A stretch of DNA of 64,000 nucleotides from positions 1-64,000 of IMG/VR virus record IMGVR_UViG_3300044801_000208; one strand, 5' to 3'. Shown here in pieces: positions 62,640 through 64,000 of this stretch. The notes under the pieces were generated by a model that made no database searches, was not told the DNA's origin, and saw nothing but the letters and a program-made list of their open reading frames with translations. Position 1 is the first letter of the stretch; every line of letters starts with the position of its first letter. This stretch comes from a virus. A program made the position numbers and the translations under genes.

Positions 62640-63810
62640 TTGATGCTCCCAGAGCAAGCTCTGGGATTCTTAGGCTACGCATAGCACAGTTCTGCTTACG
62701 TTGACGCCCAAGGGCTCCATCCGAGCCCACTTTGTTTTAGCCCTCGCCAGTATGCGTTTGGAGGCGTTGGTATCGCTGTGATCTTCGTGGTTACAGAAGA
62801 TGCACTTGAACTTCTCACCCTTCCGATTATCTGGATGTGATCTCTCACATTTGTCGCATTCCTGGCTTGTGTACTGCGGTGGAACGATTCCTATAGTCCT
62901 GCCAGCGCTTTCAGCCTTGTAGGACGTGAACCATCTCCACATGCTCCAACCTGCGTCCAGAATCTGTTTCGGCAAATACCCGGCCATGTTTTGGACCCGC
63001 AAGTTTTCCATCGCTATGAACCCAAATTTTTTGACGATCTTCGTCGTCTCTTTATGCAAAAAGTCCAGGCGTTTGCTCCTGATCTTTTCGTGCAGTTTCC
63101 GAAGCAGGATTACAGCTTTGGCTCGACTATGAGACTTCTTGTTCTTGCGTCTCGCAAGCCTACGTTGAGCAATCCTTAACTCGGGTTGGGCGTTCTCGTA
63201 GATTCTTGGGTTCTCCACAAAAGTCCCGTCGCTCAGGGCGGCGAACTTCGTGATCCCAAGATCAATGCCGGCCTCAAAGTCAGACACTGGCAATGGCGTG
63301 GGCTCGTGCTCAAAAGTGAGGATGGCGAACAGTCCGTTGACCGTGTTCAGGATGGTGCATGTTTTTATCTCGGCATCCTTCGGAAGTTCCCTGCTCAACC
63401 TGAGTTTGACGTTCCCGATCTTGGACAAACTCAAGATATTGCCGTTGAGCGAAAATCCACTTTGGGGGTAGGTGAACGAGTTGTAGCGTCTCGCCGACTT
63501 GTATCTGGGGAATCCAAACCCCCGCCTGAAGAAGCCATTGAATGTCTTGTCCAACCTGTCCAAGACATTCTGTAGGACTTGGGAATACACATTCTTGAGG
63601 ACTGGAAAAGTTGCCTTGAGTCCTGGGAGTTCCTTGTCCTGGTCAAATCTACGGCACGTGTTTCCACTCCTGTGGTTGAGGTTCCGTTGGAACAACGAGT
63701 CGTTGTAGAGGTCTCGGCACACATCTAGGGTTCTGGCAATGGCGTATCTCTTCGCCTTGTTCGCCACAATTTTGTATTTGTGTGCTTTTAGCATCATTGT
63801 CTAATACTCC
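62640..63810 (-). mobile_element. IS200/IS605-family tnpB element (right end seen; left end not identified)
   Basis: GAATCCCAGAGC-TT-GCTCTGGG-AGCATCAA right end just after the tnpB stop. Confidence 0.75.
62670..63797 (-). CDS. tnpB: TnpB RNA-guided nuclease (canonical D-E-D)
   Basis: GIDLG, IAMENL, PQYTSQ.C..C...C..C...HSDTNA. Confidence 0.93.
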   Translation of the reverse strand: MMLKAHKYKIVANKAKRYAIARTLDVCRDLYNDSLFQRNLNHRSGNTCRRFDQDKELPGLKATFPVLKNVYSQVLQNVLDRLDKTFNGFFRRGFGFPRYKSARRYNSFTYPQSGFSLNGNILSLSKIGNVKLRLSRELPKDAEIKTCTILNTVNGLFAILTFEHEPTPLPVSDFEAGIDLGITKFAALSDGTFVENPRIYENAQPELRIAQRRLARRKNKKSHSRAKAVILLRKLHEKIRSKRLDFLHKETTKIVKKFGFIAMENLRVQNMAGYLPKQILDAGWSMWRWFTSYKAESAGRTIGIVPPQYTSQECDKCERSHPDNRKGEKFKCIFCNHEDHSDTNASKRILARAKTKWARMEPLGVNVSRTVLCVA

Positions 63811-64000
63811 AAACGACGCCCCTGGGCTTTCGGGGCTAAAATGGTAATACTGATTTGGGCGACATCTACGGGCTGGCTAGCGAGGAAAAATCTCGTTGGC
63901 GATCAGAACTTCGATGTGCGGGAAACCAGCGTGTTTACAGGCTTTTTCGCAGATTGGTCCGGGAGGGCTAAAACGAAATTGCAAGTGCTGGTGCGTTTTT

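Noticed and set aside
1-64000. Stop-codon reassignment, DGR or retron
   Set aside because: Long genes translate intact in code 11 and use all three stops; no suppressor tRNA and no reverse transcriptase seen
63810-64000. Left end of the 62640 IS605 element
   Set aside because: No CCCAGA hairpin like the other left ends is visible; it is probably outside the window or lost

Overview
This is a 64-kb segment of a large tailed (jumbo-type) bacteriophage genome, mostly encoded on the minus strand. GC-rich core genes are interrupted by many AT-richer mobile inserts: about 16 HNH, GIY-YIG or EndoVII homing-endonuclease ORFs, 4 inteins, 2 tnpB IS605-type elements and 2 protein-less guide-RNA mini-elements. 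Host-like genes (Flp pilin, TonB N-terminus, DUF5715-like peptidase, ECF sigma) suggest an Acidobacteria host, which is an inference. The window holds DNA-metabolism genes (dnaX, a sliding-clamp-like gene, an SbcC half, thioredoxin, a class II RNR with three inteins), a NusG paralogue with an intein, and a tail/baseplate/tape-measure module. It also holds a dense RNA operon at 50989-54632 with 12 tRNAs, RNase P RNA, several tRNA mimics and unknown structured RNAs. The most interesting observation is a leader-peptide transcription attenuator upstream of that operon. Its central codons match every anticodon encoded in the array (Val, Ala, Cys, Gly, Glu, Asp), which suggests a ribosome-stalling sensor that turns on phage tRNA supply when those host tRNAs are depleted or cleaved. 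All calls were made by eye without database searches. Several frameshifts and chimeric ORFs may be sequencing or assembly errors.
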